Shown here: positions 38,979 to 47,719 of the stretch, piece by piece | How the letters are laid out: each line of letters starts with the position of its first letter | Position numbering within the stretch: position 1 is the stretch's first letter | Assembly: GCA_046597065.1 (NCBI GenBank) | Contig: JBKJLI010000003.1 | Location: forward strand, 72,219 to 136,218 | DNA length: 64,000 nt | From: Candidatus Saccharimonadia bacterium | Lineage (GTDB): Bacteria; Patescibacteriota; Saccharimonadia; UBA4664; SCTI01 | Reading direction: 5' to 3' | Notes under the pieces: model-generated | Database searches by the model: none | What the model was told of the DNA's origin: nothing | What the model saw: the letters and a program-made list of their open reading frames with translations, nothing else | Translations under genes and position numbers: made by a program

Positions 38979-39545
38979 ATGAGCGACCAGGCGAAAAAGA
39001 AAAATTGGTTTGCACGGCACAAGATCATGTCCGTAATACTTGGACTAATAGTAATCGGGGTCATTACCTCGGCTGCCGGTGGCAACAAGGGCAGTACCAA
39101 CACTCCATCTGGTAGTACCAAACAGGCCTCTAGTGGAGCTAAGACCGTCGGCATTGGTCAGGCGGCTCAAGATGGTAAGTTTGAATTCACGGTCAACAGC
39201 TTCAAATGTGGCGACACCACAGTTGGAACAAACCAATATCTGACCAAGACTGCTCAAGGTGAGTACTGCCTCATGAACCTCACGGTTAAGAACATCGGCA
39301 ACCAGGCTCAACTGTTCGATGCTTCGAATGAATATGTCTACGACAGCAGTAACAATAAACTATCTGCCGACAGTACCGCTTCAACCTACGCTAACCCTGA
39401 TGGAAGCACGTTCCTCAACCAGATCAACCCAGGCAACTCCGTCACTGGTACTGTCGCCTTCGATGTAGCAAAAGGTGCAACCATTGCGACTGCTGAACTT
39501 CATGATTCCGCATTCTCCAGCGGTGTCAAAGTTACGCTTAAGTAG
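38979..39545 (+). CDS. DUF4352-like membrane-anchored protein
   Basis: TM anchor; DGKFEFTV...AQGEYC...VKNIG...INPGNSVTGTVAFDV. Confidence 0.8.
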   Translation: MSDQAKKKNWFARHKIMSVILGLIVIGVITSAAGGNKGSTNTPSGSTKQASSGAKTVGIGQAAQDGKFEFTVNSFKCGDTTVGTNQYLTKTAQGEYCLMNLTVKNIGNQAQLFDASNEYVYDSSNNKLSADSTASTYANPDGSTFLNQINPGNSVTGTVAFDVAKGATIATAELHDSAFSSGVKVTLK

Positions 39546-39727
39546 CCACGGCAGATCCCCCTTATGCTTTCTATCCATATCGTTTTAGCTTAAAATACTC
39601 GGGGCGGAACTCAGGTGCCGCCTTTGGTTTATTACGTTCGTTGACATATCCAGGCCGGATTATTGCTTTAAGGGTGATTAGCGGTAATCCGGTCTGGAAC
39701 AGACCCTTACAAAAGGAGGGATGCCAA

Positions 39728-40636
39728 GTGCATCTTGCCACTACACTGGCTGGCGTCGAGCTTGAGCATCCGCTCATGAATGCTGCTGGCACCTGCAAGA
39801 CCCTGGAGGACGTCGAGAAGCTCGCTAGGTCAAGCATTTCGGCCATTGTGGTCGGTTCCATCACCCTCGCATCCCGGATGGGGAACGAGGGGAATGTTTT
39901 CTGGCCTGGTCCGATCTACTCGCAGAACTCTCTCGGGATGCCCAATCGTGGGCGTGACTACTACCAGGACACTCTCCCGCGAATGGTCGAGGTAGCTCAT
40001 GGTGCTGGCAAGGCTCTGATCCTCAACGTCGCTGGCTTTAGCCATATCGAATATGGCGAGCTGGCAGCGCTGGCGCACGAAGCCGGGGTTGACATCATCG
40101 AGCTCAACCTCGGCTGTCCGAATGTGTGGGACGACGGTCAGCAGAAAAAGATCGCCTCGTTCGACCCATTCGGTATCGCAGCCATCATGGCTGAGGTCGA
40201 GCGCAAGGTTCCTGACGATCGACCGGTTGGTGTGAAGCTCTCGCCCTATTCCGATCCCGGGATGCTGGCGGAAGTTGCGGATACCATCAAGGATCTCCCG
40301 ATCCGGTACGTCGCCACCTGCAACACTTTCCCGAACTCGCTGGTTCTCGACGAGAATGGCAAGTCGGTGATCGACGTTGGACTGGCTGGGCTGAGTGGCC
40401 CTGCCATGAAGCCCGTCGGTCTCGGTCAGGTTAAGCAGTTGCGACAGCTTCTGCCGGACTCGGTCGAGCTCGTGGGCGTCGGCGGTATCACAAAAGGCCG
40501 CGACGTCTGGGAGTACCAGCAGGTCGGAGCTTCAGCCGTCCAGGTGGCTACGGCCTACTGGAACAGCAACGAAAACCCCGGCGTCTTCGGGGACATCCTG
40601 TCGGATTACATCGACCAGTTCCCCGAGGAGGGCTGA
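39728..40636 (+). CDS. pyrD: Dihydroorotate dehydrogenase (family 1)
   Basis: PLMNAAG, NSLGMPN, ELNLGCPN, GVKLSP, GLSG, GVGGI; GTG start after AAGGAGG. Confidence 0.9.
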   Translation: MHLATTLAGVELEHPLMNAAGTCKTLEDVEKLARSSISAIVVGSITLASRMGNEGNVFWPGPIYSQNSLGMPNRGRDYYQDTLPRMVEVAHGAGKALILNVAGFSHIEYGELAALAHEAGVDIIELNLGCPNVWDDGQQKKIASFDPFGIAAIMAEVERKVPDDRPVGVKLSPYSDPGMLAEVADTIKDLPIRYVATCNTFPNSLVLDENGKSVIDVGLAGLSGPAMKPVGLGQVKQLRQLLPDSVELVGVGGITKGRDVWEYQQVGASAVQVATAYWNSNENPGVFGDILSDYIDQFPEEG

Positions 40637-40637
40637 C

Positions 40638-41381
40638 ATGAGCACCATCACCGATCCCATCGAGCGGATAATCTGGAGTGCGGACGTGGCTGACGAGGAA
40701 GCCTTGATGGCTGCACTCGACCGAATGCCAGATCTCCGAGTCATCAAGATCGACCGCCTGTTCGTGACCGAAGTCGGTCTGGGCGTCATCGATCGGCTGG
40801 CCGAGCGTGGGCTGCTGGTCTTCGACGACGCCAAGATCATCGAGATTCCCTCGAAGGTTGTCGGCATCGCCAAGAAGCACCTGGTACACCGACCGTTCAT
40901 GCTCAACTGCATGGCGGGTGCTCAGTCCAGTGGCCTCCTGACGCACGAAGACCCGGAGAAGGTCGACGGGCTCAAGCGGTTCGCCGATGTCTGCCTCGAA
41001 GCTGGCACCAAGCCCTGTGCAGTCACGGTGCTGACCAGCAAGACAGCAGACGTCGTCGGTAGCGAGTTCAACGGCCGAGACAGCATGGAGCAAGTGCTCT
41101 ACTACGTCGAGGCGTTGCTCGAGTGCGGCTTCACTGACGTGGTCTGCTCCCCAAAGGAGCTTCCCGCAATTCGGGCTGAGAGTCGCTTTGACGGCCTCGA
41201 CCTGAACACACCGGGAATTCGCCCGGCGGGTTCTGACGCTGGAGACCAAGCCAGGGCCGACACTCCCGAAGGGGCACTGGCGGCTGGAGCAACTCGGCTC
41301 GTCATCGGCCGACCCATCACGACCGGTGATCCGGCCGAGAACCTCAAGAACATCGTCGCCAGCATCACCGCTGAGGCCTGA
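40638..41381 (+). CDS. pyrF: Orotidine-5'-phosphate decarboxylase
   Basis: DDAKIIEIP, AVTVLTS, TPGIRP, DQARADTP, VIGRPIT. Confidence 0.88.
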   Translation: MSTITDPIERIIWSADVADEEALMAALDRMPDLRVIKIDRLFVTEVGLGVIDRLAERGLLVFDDAKIIEIPSKVVGIAKKHLVHRPFMLNCMAGAQSSGLLTHEDPEKVDGLKRFADVCLEAGTKPCAVTVLTSKTADVVGSEFNGRDSMEQVLYYVEALLECGFTDVVCSPKELPAIRAESRFDGLDLNTPGIRPAGSDAGDQARADTPEGALAAGATRLVIGRPITTGDPAENLKNIVASITAEA

Positions 41382-41395
41382 CCAAGGAGATCAAG

Positions 41396-42034
41396 TTGGA
41401 CGTCCTGAAAGAACTCGACCAAGCAGGTGCTGTTCTGCTCGATCAGCACTTCGTCTACAAGAGCAAGAAGCATGGGTCTGGCTACATCAACATGGACCCG
41501 CTTTTTCCCGACGTGGGGCTGGTCTCGTCGCTGTGTGCGTTGCTGGTACGACCGTTCGAGGGCGACTTCGACACGGTCGCTAGCCCGGCAACCGGTGGCG
41601 TGGTGCTTGCGTTCGCCAGTGCCATGCAGACGCCTGGTACACGGCCGGCCGCGGTTTGGGCAGACAAGGACGGGGATGAGTTCCGCTTCGAGTGAGCAGG
41701 CTTCACCGACCACCTCAAGGGCAAGCGTGTCCTGGTGGTCGAGGATCTGCTCACGACAGGCGGTTCGGTGCTCAAGGTCTGCCGAGAAGCGGAGAAGCAC
41801 GGTGCCGAGATCATCGGTGTCAGCGTCATCTGCAACCGAGGTGGCGTTACCGCCGAACAGCTCGGCGTCCCGCGACTGGAAGCACTCGCCAGCGTCAGCT
41901 TTGCGGCTGTCGATCCCGGCGAGTGTGAGCTGTGCAAGAACAACGTTCCCATCGTCGAGGACATCGGTCATGGCGAAAGCTACAAGGCCGAGCACCCCGA
42001 CTACGAGGGTGGCTACATCAAGCTGCTCTCCTGA
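41396..42034 (+). pseudogene. pyrE: Orotate phosphoribosyltransferase interrupted by one in-frame TGA (41693-41695)
   Basis: HFVYKSKKHGSGYIN...FRFE*AGFTDHLKGKRVLVVEDLLTTGGS: both halves are in the same frame. Confidence 0.85.
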
Positions 42035-42141
42035 ACACCTAGCAGTAGGTGGGCAGCCAAGTTCTGGAGCTAATCCAGGGCTTGGCGCTCAACCCAAGAT
42101 TTTAAGCCATTAAAGTTTTAGGCTGAGTCAATAAGTAGAGC

Positions 42142-42170
42142 TTGACAGCGTAAGCGTTTAGTAGTATAAT
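42142..42170 (+). promoter_or_regulatory. Perfect sigma70 consensus promoter of the DGR target gene
   Basis: TTGACA-17 nt-TATAAT, followed by a ~150-nt leader with hairpins and AGGAGG. Confidence 0.8.
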
Positions 42171-42323
42171 ACCCAAGTATTTTGACAATATGCTATTACT
42201 CCCCTTGAGAGCGGCGCTCTGCAACCAAGTGTTTGGTATCAGTGTGCCGCTCTCAGCCCCCGCTGAGACCACGATGCGCATACCGCGCAAGCGTGGACGA
42301 ACACCGGCACAGGAGGATTTGTC

Positions 42324-43136
42324 ATGGGAACCAAGGCAACCCGCGAGGAGCTCGGTGACCTCGGCGTCGTGTACGCCAGGTTGTTCGAGTTCGTCAAGAA
42401 CGGCAAGAGGCCAGCAGGGCTCGTCATTGCAGGGATGCAGCGACTGGCCGATGGTCAGTTCCCGGAGAACACGCGGTTCGACCGCTACAACCACCTGCTG
42501 CTGTCCCTGGACGACCAGTTGGAGCGCCTACGGCGTTACAACACGAAGTACTGGGACAGCCGCCTGACCGATGAGCAGCTCGCTGCCGTCGACACGTCCG
42601 GTGATCTCACCCAGCGGGTCGACGACCTCACAGCCTTTCACGTCCAGTTCGACTCCCTCGAGGAGACGGTCGAGATGTGGTGGCGCGTGTACGTCGGCGA
42701 GCAGCCCAAGCAGTGGCGCTGGGACGAGCTCAAGCTCGACTCGGAGCACCTGCGGCTTCTCACTTCCAACGTCCGCCAGTACGAACCCGGTATCCATCGG
42801 ATCCGGATCGACCTGGTGGCTCACTGGGAGCCCGAGGACGGGCGCACGCTCGAGGAAGTCCGTGAGGGCGCCAAGGGCACCAGCGAGATTCTCGCTCAGC
42901 TCGAGGTCCTCTCGGCCTACGGTCTGCACTCGGAGCTTTTCCGGGAGCAGGACGGCGAGAACCTGCCGTATTCGGACATGCCCGGTACCGACGTGTCGGT
43001 TCCCGGCCGCTCCGGGCCGTGCGCTCTGTGCGTGGGCTGGTCCCCGTTCGCCCTCGAGGCCGGGCTGAACGCCGGCTGGGTCAGCCGCCGCAGCCACAAG
43101 TGGGCGGCGCCGGTGCTCAGGGAGTTGCAGAGCTAG
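42324..43136 (+). CDS. DGR target protein with C-terminal variable region
   Basis: 3' end matches the TR; no signal peptide or TM seen; GC-rich codons. Confidence 0.92.
   Translation: MGTKATREELGDLGVVYARLFEFVKNGKRPAGLVIAGMQRLADGQFPENTRFDRYNHLLLSLDDQLERLRRYNTKYWDSRLTDEQLAAVDTSGDLTQRVDDLTAFHVQFDSLEETVEMWWRVYVGEQPKQWRWDELKLDSEHLRLLTSNVRQYEPGIHRIRIDLVAHWEPEDGRTLEEVREGAKGTSEILAQLEVLSAYGLHSELFREQDGENLPYSDMPGTDVSVPGRSGPCALCVGWSPFALEAGLNAGWVSRRSHKWAAPVLRELQS
42999..43123 (+). repeat. DGR variable repeat (VR)
   Basis: 125-nt ungapped alignment to 43501-43625 with 21 mismatches, all opposite TR adenines. Confidence 0.97.
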
Positions 43137-43203
43137 GACTTCGGTCCCTAGGGGCTTGGAGGGCCTTGGACTTCGTTCCTTGGCCCTCCGCCCCGCAGGG
43201 GCG
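43133..43203 (+). promoter_or_regulatory. Post-VR hairpins (candidate homing cruciforms)
   Basis: GGAC-TTCG-GTCC; GGAGGGCC...GGCCCTCC; CGCCCC-GCA-GGGGCG at 43189-43203. Confidence 0.65.
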
Positions 43204-43279
43204 CAAATTCAATTTTTTACGCAAGTAGATACATTGGAGAAGCGCCCCTTCTTCATGCCCAAAATTTGCTATAATCATA

Positions 43280-43668
43280 TCTGGAAAGTAGGCTAATGAA
43301 TCCGACTTTACGGAGTCTGGGTCGCCGAAATCTCTCGTAGTCGCAGAAACTACCAGAGTTTTGGTCACTAGGGTGGCTGAAAGTGTGTAGGCGATTAACC
43401 GAGCACTCCGTGCTCCTTGCTTGAGACAGTTAAGTCTCGCATTAAATACAGGGTTTGGATACGTCCGGGCCCAGTGGATCACAAGGCAAGTAGCGCAATT
43501 GTTCCCGGCAACTCCAAGCCGTACGCTCTGTACGTGAACTGGAACCCGTTCAACCTCAAGGCCAAGCTGAACGCCAACTGGGTCAGCAACCGCAACAACA
43601 AGTGGGCGGCGCCGGTGCTCAGGGACTGCTCGAATAACAGGGAGGGTGAGATACCACTCCCTGTTTTG
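43280..43668 (+). ncRNA. DGR template RNA transcript (TR core 43501-43625)
   Basis: TGCTATAAT extended -10 at about 43266-43274; hairpin-rich 5' part; AAC-rich TR; 9-bp stem AACAGGGAG/CTCCCTGTT at 43636-43665 plus U-run. Confidence 0.75.
43501..43625 (+). repeat. DGR template repeat (TR)
   Basis: AAC/AAG/TAC codon-rich copy of the VR with 31 adenines. Confidence 0.97.
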
Positions 43669-44058
43669 TTATAGCGATTTTAGCCAGCCACCCAACATAC
43701 GGCCAATTTCATGGAGTTGAGACTCAAGAGCCAGATAGGTCTTGTTGTCGATGCATTTGCAGTCTTTGCTGAGTCGAACCATTAGCCGCAGTAGATCGAG
43801 TTTAGTTGAGGCTACGCTTAACCGCTCCTTTTTGGTTTCCGGTTTAGCAGTACTTGCCGCAGTAACAACCGCTTCCATCAGATCAAGCAGTTCGGTCTGC
43901 ATGGCTGAGCCTAACGAGTAGCGTTGGGATTTTGGAAACTTTAATAGCAATTCATGGAGAGCTTTATACAGCTGATACAGCGAATGGACAATAGGGATAT
44001 CAATCAAACCCCCACTCAACTTAGCTTGGACTTTACTACTGGCATTGGAACTAGTCAT
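43669..44058 (-). CDS. avd: DGR accessory variability determinant (Avd, four-helix bundle)
   Basis: DIPIVH...FPKSQRYSLG...LRLMVRL...EIGRMLGGW; TAAGGAGG SD upstream. Confidence 0.9.
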   Translation of the reverse strand: MTSSNASSKVQAKLSGGLIDIPIVHSLYQLYKALHELLLKFPKSQRYSLGSAMQTELLDLMEAVVTAASTAKPETKKERLSVASTKLDLLRLMVRLSKDCKCIDNKTYLALESQLHEIGRMLGGWLKSL

Positions 44059-45045
44059 GAAACCTCCTTATTATCGTCATTTGATTACATTTGTTCTATT
44101 ACAAGCCTTTTTCAGGCATGGAGCAAGTTTAGCCGGGGGAAGCGCTCAAAACTGGATGTCTTATGTTATGAGCGATCGCTAGAGGAGAACATCTTCGAAC
44201 TGCAGGAGCAGCTGGTAGGAGGTAAATTTAAACATGGCCCATATGTGCCATTTACCATTTGCGATCCAAAAACGCGCCGAATCCACAAGGCTACCGTCCA
44301 AGACCGCTTAGTTCATCAGGCACTGGTTAGTGCCATTGAGCCACTATTCGAACGCCAGTTTATTTATGACAGCTATTCCTGCCGCAAGAATAAGGGTACC
44401 CACGCAGCAGTAAGACGATTGCGAACCTTCTTACGACAAGCTAGTCATAACGACACCCAGACGGTGTACGCCCTCAAATGTGATGTGAAGCAGTTCTTTG
44501 CCTCGGTCGATCACGAGATTCTGGTGAATTTGCTGAAGCAGAAGGTTGATGATCCAGATACACTCAAGCTATTACTTTTGATAATTGATAGCCTATCCAC
44601 TTGCCCTGGCAAAGGCATCCCACTTGGTAACCTCACCAGCCAGCTTTTTGCTAATATTTACTTGCATGAGTTCGATTGGTTTGTGAAGAATCGAATACGT
44701 GAGAAGCATTATCTGCGCTATTGCGATGATTTTATTATTCTCAGCACTAACCGGCAGCATTTACTGGAATTAATTGAGCCAATTACTCGGTTTCTGAGCG
44801 ATCGGCTAGCGCTCACAGTCCACCCAAATAAGATCACAATTCGCAGCTGGGGTCAGGGTATCGACTTCTTGGGCTATGTTCTCAAGCCCCAATGTATCGT
44901 TCTGCGCCACAAGACGAAGCTACGAACGCTCAAACGGGTGGATAGCAACAATCTGACGTCTTACGTTGGGTTGTGCTCTCACGCCGACGCATATGAGCTG
45001 AGCCAGCTTATTACAATAAAGGCATTAACCAAGCAGGAGGATTAG
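43954..45045 (+). CDS. DGR reverse transcriptase
   Basis: DRLVHQAL, LKCDVKQFF, GIPLGNLTSQLFANIYL (DGR-type SQ), RYCDDF, GIDFLGY; start is 43954 or 43984. Confidence 0.95.
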   Translation: MESFIQLIQRMDNRDINQTPTQLSLDFTTGIGTSHETSLLSSFDYICSITSLFQAWSKFSRGKRSKLDVLCYERSLEENIFELQEQLVGGKFKHGPYVPFTICDPKTRRIHKATVQDRLVHQALVSAIEPLFERQFIYDSYSCRKNKGTHAAVRRLRTFLRQASHNDTQTVYALKCDVKQFFASVDHEILVNLLKQKVDDPDTLKLLLLIIDSLSTCPGKGIPLGNLTSQLFANIYLHEFDWFVKNRIREKHYLRYCDDFIILSTNRQHLLELIEPITRFLSDRLALTVHPNKITIRSWGQGIDFLGYVLKPQCIVLRHKTKLRTLKRVDSNNLTSYVGLCSHADAYELSQLITIKALTKQED

Positions 45046-45047
45046 AT

Positions 45048-46492
45048 ATGGATCGTAAAAGATATGAGGATCTCTATGACGAAATTACAGTTGAGGGCTG
45101 TCGCTCTGGCGAACGAATAGTTAATGGCACTTTCAGCGAGATGGAACCGAAAGTGCCACCGTCAGAAATTGAACAACGTCGTCCGGGTTGGTACTTGTTC
45201 TATAGCCAGCTCTATTTTGGCCTCGTTGAGTCCCGGGCAGCTGCGCGAGCAGTAAAGCGTGATCAGACTATTAGCGAGTGGGTGGCTCGGGACGAGGAGA
45301 AAGACCGTGTCCTAGCTAACGCACACTTTGAGGGTGGTACGTACTGCCGAAGCTGCGGTAAAGACATGCGGGTTATTAGCAAGGACTATATGCGCCGCGA
45401 GGGTCGCAAGGAAGATGACATCCTGCTGATGTTTGAGTGCGATAATTGCAATAAGCGACTGGCCTTATGGCAAGACGGCACCGAGTGGGAGGGTGCCAAG
45501 ACCTTATGCGAGAAATGCGGTGAATCAATGGATCATACCGGCAAAACTGATAACAAGGTTGTCACAACTACCTACAAATGCCCCAAATGCGGACATAGTT
45601 ACCAAGACAGCTTTGAGCTTGGTGGAAGTAAAGAAGAAGAGCCACCCGATCCTAACTACGAGCTGGATAAAAAGCGGTTTGTCTTCGATAGCGACATGAT
45701 GTTTAAGTACGAGCAGAAACGCCGTCATCTCGAGCGGCTAATGAAGCTCGAGGCTACCGTCGCTGATCAAGCTGTGCATGCTGATATCTATGAGGCCATC
45801 AAAGATATCAAGAAGCTCAAAATTGCCCAGCTGACTGAGATATTGAAGCCAGGATTAGAAAAAGCTGGCTACACTGAGTTTATGCTAGGTCAGCCGGAAC
45901 TAGGTCGCGAGGTGGCCGTGGGATTTAGCTGCTTAGATGCCAAGGCCGAACGAGAAGAGTACAACAGCAAGAAGGATCTGCAAAAGCTGATCTCTAAAAC
46001 TCTGGATGATACAAACTGGCGGTTAATGAGTGAGGGTGTGAGTTACCGGGTTGGCTACTTGACCGGCAGCTCCGTGCTTACGAAAGCGAAGATGAACTTC
46101 GGAAGCTAATCGAGCAAAAAGCCAAGCATGGCACATTACCGCCACCAACGGCAAAGCCAGTTGAGGCGCTGCCGGATCATCCACCGACTACGCTTAGTCC
46201 AAGGGAGCGCAATATGCGCGAATCAGCCTTGGTTTATTTTCATAAAATGACGCTCGACTCAGTACCAGCCGAGATTACCCTAAAGAGTGGTATGAAGAAG
46301 TCGACGAGCATTCCTTTTCTGCGAATGGAGATGCATCCGCTACTCCGAGTGATCATACCAATGCGCGATAATGACGATTCGGTACCCGAGTTTGCTAGAA
46401 CGTTTGATTTTAAGTCGGGCGGTGACAAAGATATCCCGCAGATTAAAAAAGATAGCCTAGGGCGAGAAATAAGACGTCTCGATAAGGAGTAG
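45048..46492 (+). pseudogene. Zinc-ribbon (CxxC x4) hypothetical protein split by a probable 1-nt deletion near 46069
   Basis: Frame at 46070 reads LRAYESEDELRKL... open through to 46214-46492. Confidence 0.6.
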
Positions 46493-46494
46493 TT

Positions 46495-46668
46495 TTAGCT
46501 TCGTTTTTCAATCCGACCGTCTTGAAGATGGCTAGGAGCTTTTTCGAACAGCCTGATTAACCCCTGAGCTGCCCGCATTGCCACTTCATCATTTGGAAAT
46601 TCTAGGCCACGCATTTCCTTGGTAATACGCTTAAACTCTGCGAGATCCTGCTTACTAACTTGTGTCAT
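46495..46668 (-). CDS. Small helical hypothetical protein at element right end
   Basis: MTQVSKQDLAEFKRITKEMRGLEFPNDEVAMRAAQGLIRLF. Confidence 0.55.
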   Translation of the reverse strand: MTQVSKQDLAEFKRITKEMRGLEFPNDEVAMRAAQGLIRLFEKAPSHLQDGRIEKRS

Positions 46669-46936
46669 GATAGTGTTCCCCAAGGCACCATTAACTACTC
46701 TCCCTATCTGATAATGCAAGCTTAAGCGGATTAAAAGGTCGGAACGCTAGCCTATGCGTTGTAGTAGCGATTCAGTCAAGCCAAGGCTACGAGGGCTCCG
46801 AAATGAGACACAAAACAATCCCTTTTTATAGTGTCTTATTTGTCTCATTTCCTCCTTAGGCACTATAATTCTTGAGACAGTCGGAAAGTTCCTGACCCGG
46901 CTGCTCCGCCAGTAATAATTAAAGTATAATTAGGCA

Positions 46937-47719
46937 ATGAGTAGCCCAAAGACCATTGTTATCACCGGTGCATCAGGCGGCATCGGTTTAGAGTTAGCAC
47001 GAATTGCAGCCGAGCAAGGATTCGCCCTCGTGCTGGTGGCTCGCGGCCATGACAGTTTACAAATGATTGCCCGTGAGCTGCGCGAGGCCTTCAACGTTGA
47101 GGTAGAGGTAATTGAGCTGGACCTGTCAAAGGCCGGTGCTGCTAAAAAACTTGCGGTTGCCATTGCCAAAGAGGGCATCGAGCCCTACGTTCTGATTAAT
47201 AATGCTGGCTTTGGCTTGGGTGGAGCTTTTGCTAGACAAGATCCGGTTCGAATAAGCGCCATGATGCAGCTAAATATGGTGGCTTTAACCGAGCTAACCC
47301 GGATACTTTTACCAGGCATGATAGAGCGTAGTGAGGGTAGGGTATTAAATGTAGCCTCCACTGCCGCCTTTTTACCGGGACCATACATGGCAGTTTATTA
47401 CGCTACCAAATCTTATGTATTATCGTTTAGTCAGGCCCTAAGCGATGAACTTAAGGGCAGCGGGGTGACTGCCACAGCCTTGTGCCCGCCACCTACCAAA
47501 ACTCATTTTGCAAAGGAGGCCGACCTAGAGGGAACCCGGCTGTTTAGCGGTAAACTAATGTCGGCGCGCGAGGTTGCCCAGGCAGGGTTTAAGGGTATGC
47601 TATCTGGAAAGCGAGTGGTGTTACCAGGGGCCGCCGCCAAGCGTATTTTATGGCTGTCGCGGATATTACCGACTAGATTGGCATTGCCATTGGTGCGTCG
47701 TATACAGGGGGGTAAATAG
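46937..47719 (+). CDS. Short-chain dehydrogenase/reductase
   Basis: TGASGGIG, NNAG, YYATK. Confidence 0.93.
   Translation: MSSPKTIVITGASGGIGLELARIAAEQGFALVLVARGHDSLQMIARELREAFNVEVEVIELDLSKAGAAKKLAVAIAKEGIEPYVLINNAGFGLGGAFARQDPVRISAMMQLNMVALTELTRILLPGMIERSEGRVLNVASTAAFLPGPYMAVYYATKSYVLSFSQALSDELKGSGVTATALCPPPTKTHFAKEADLEGTRLFSGKLMSAREVAQAGFKGMLSGKRVVLPGAAAKRILWLSRILPTRLALPLVRRIQGGK

Larger units (their letters stand above)
28856..46913. mobile_element. ~18-kb integrated element (serine recombinase, twin terminases, MTases, pyr operon, DGR)
   Basis: Direct repeat CTCCGCCAGT at 28856-28865 (tRNA 3' end) and 46904-46913 (15/17 identity when extended); recombinase next to the tRNA; housekeeping-type genes resume after 46937. 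Confidence 0.8.

Noticed and set aside
41693-41695. Genetic code 25 or 4 (UGA as Gly/Trp) or selenocysteine
   Set aside because: TGA ends neighbouring genes at expected lengths, long core genes have no internal TGA, and the site is not a Cys position.
40532-43228. Many long overlapping or antisense ORFs across pyr genes and the DGR target (also 48585..49448)
   Set aside because: Expected artefact of high-GC3 coding sequence having few stops in other frames; no motifs.
43417-43674. 85-aa ORF over the TR as a second target gene
   Set aside because: It is the Asn-rich translation of the template repeat with a TTG start and no SD; TRs are typically open in the VR frame.
43954-45045. RT as a group II intron, retron or Abi RT
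   Set aside because: No maturase/endonuclease extension, intron domain V or msr-msd seen; SQ motif, Avd and the TR/VR pair identify a DGR.
28856-46913. Complete prophage
   Set aside because: No portal, capsid, tail or lysis genes recognised between the att repeats.
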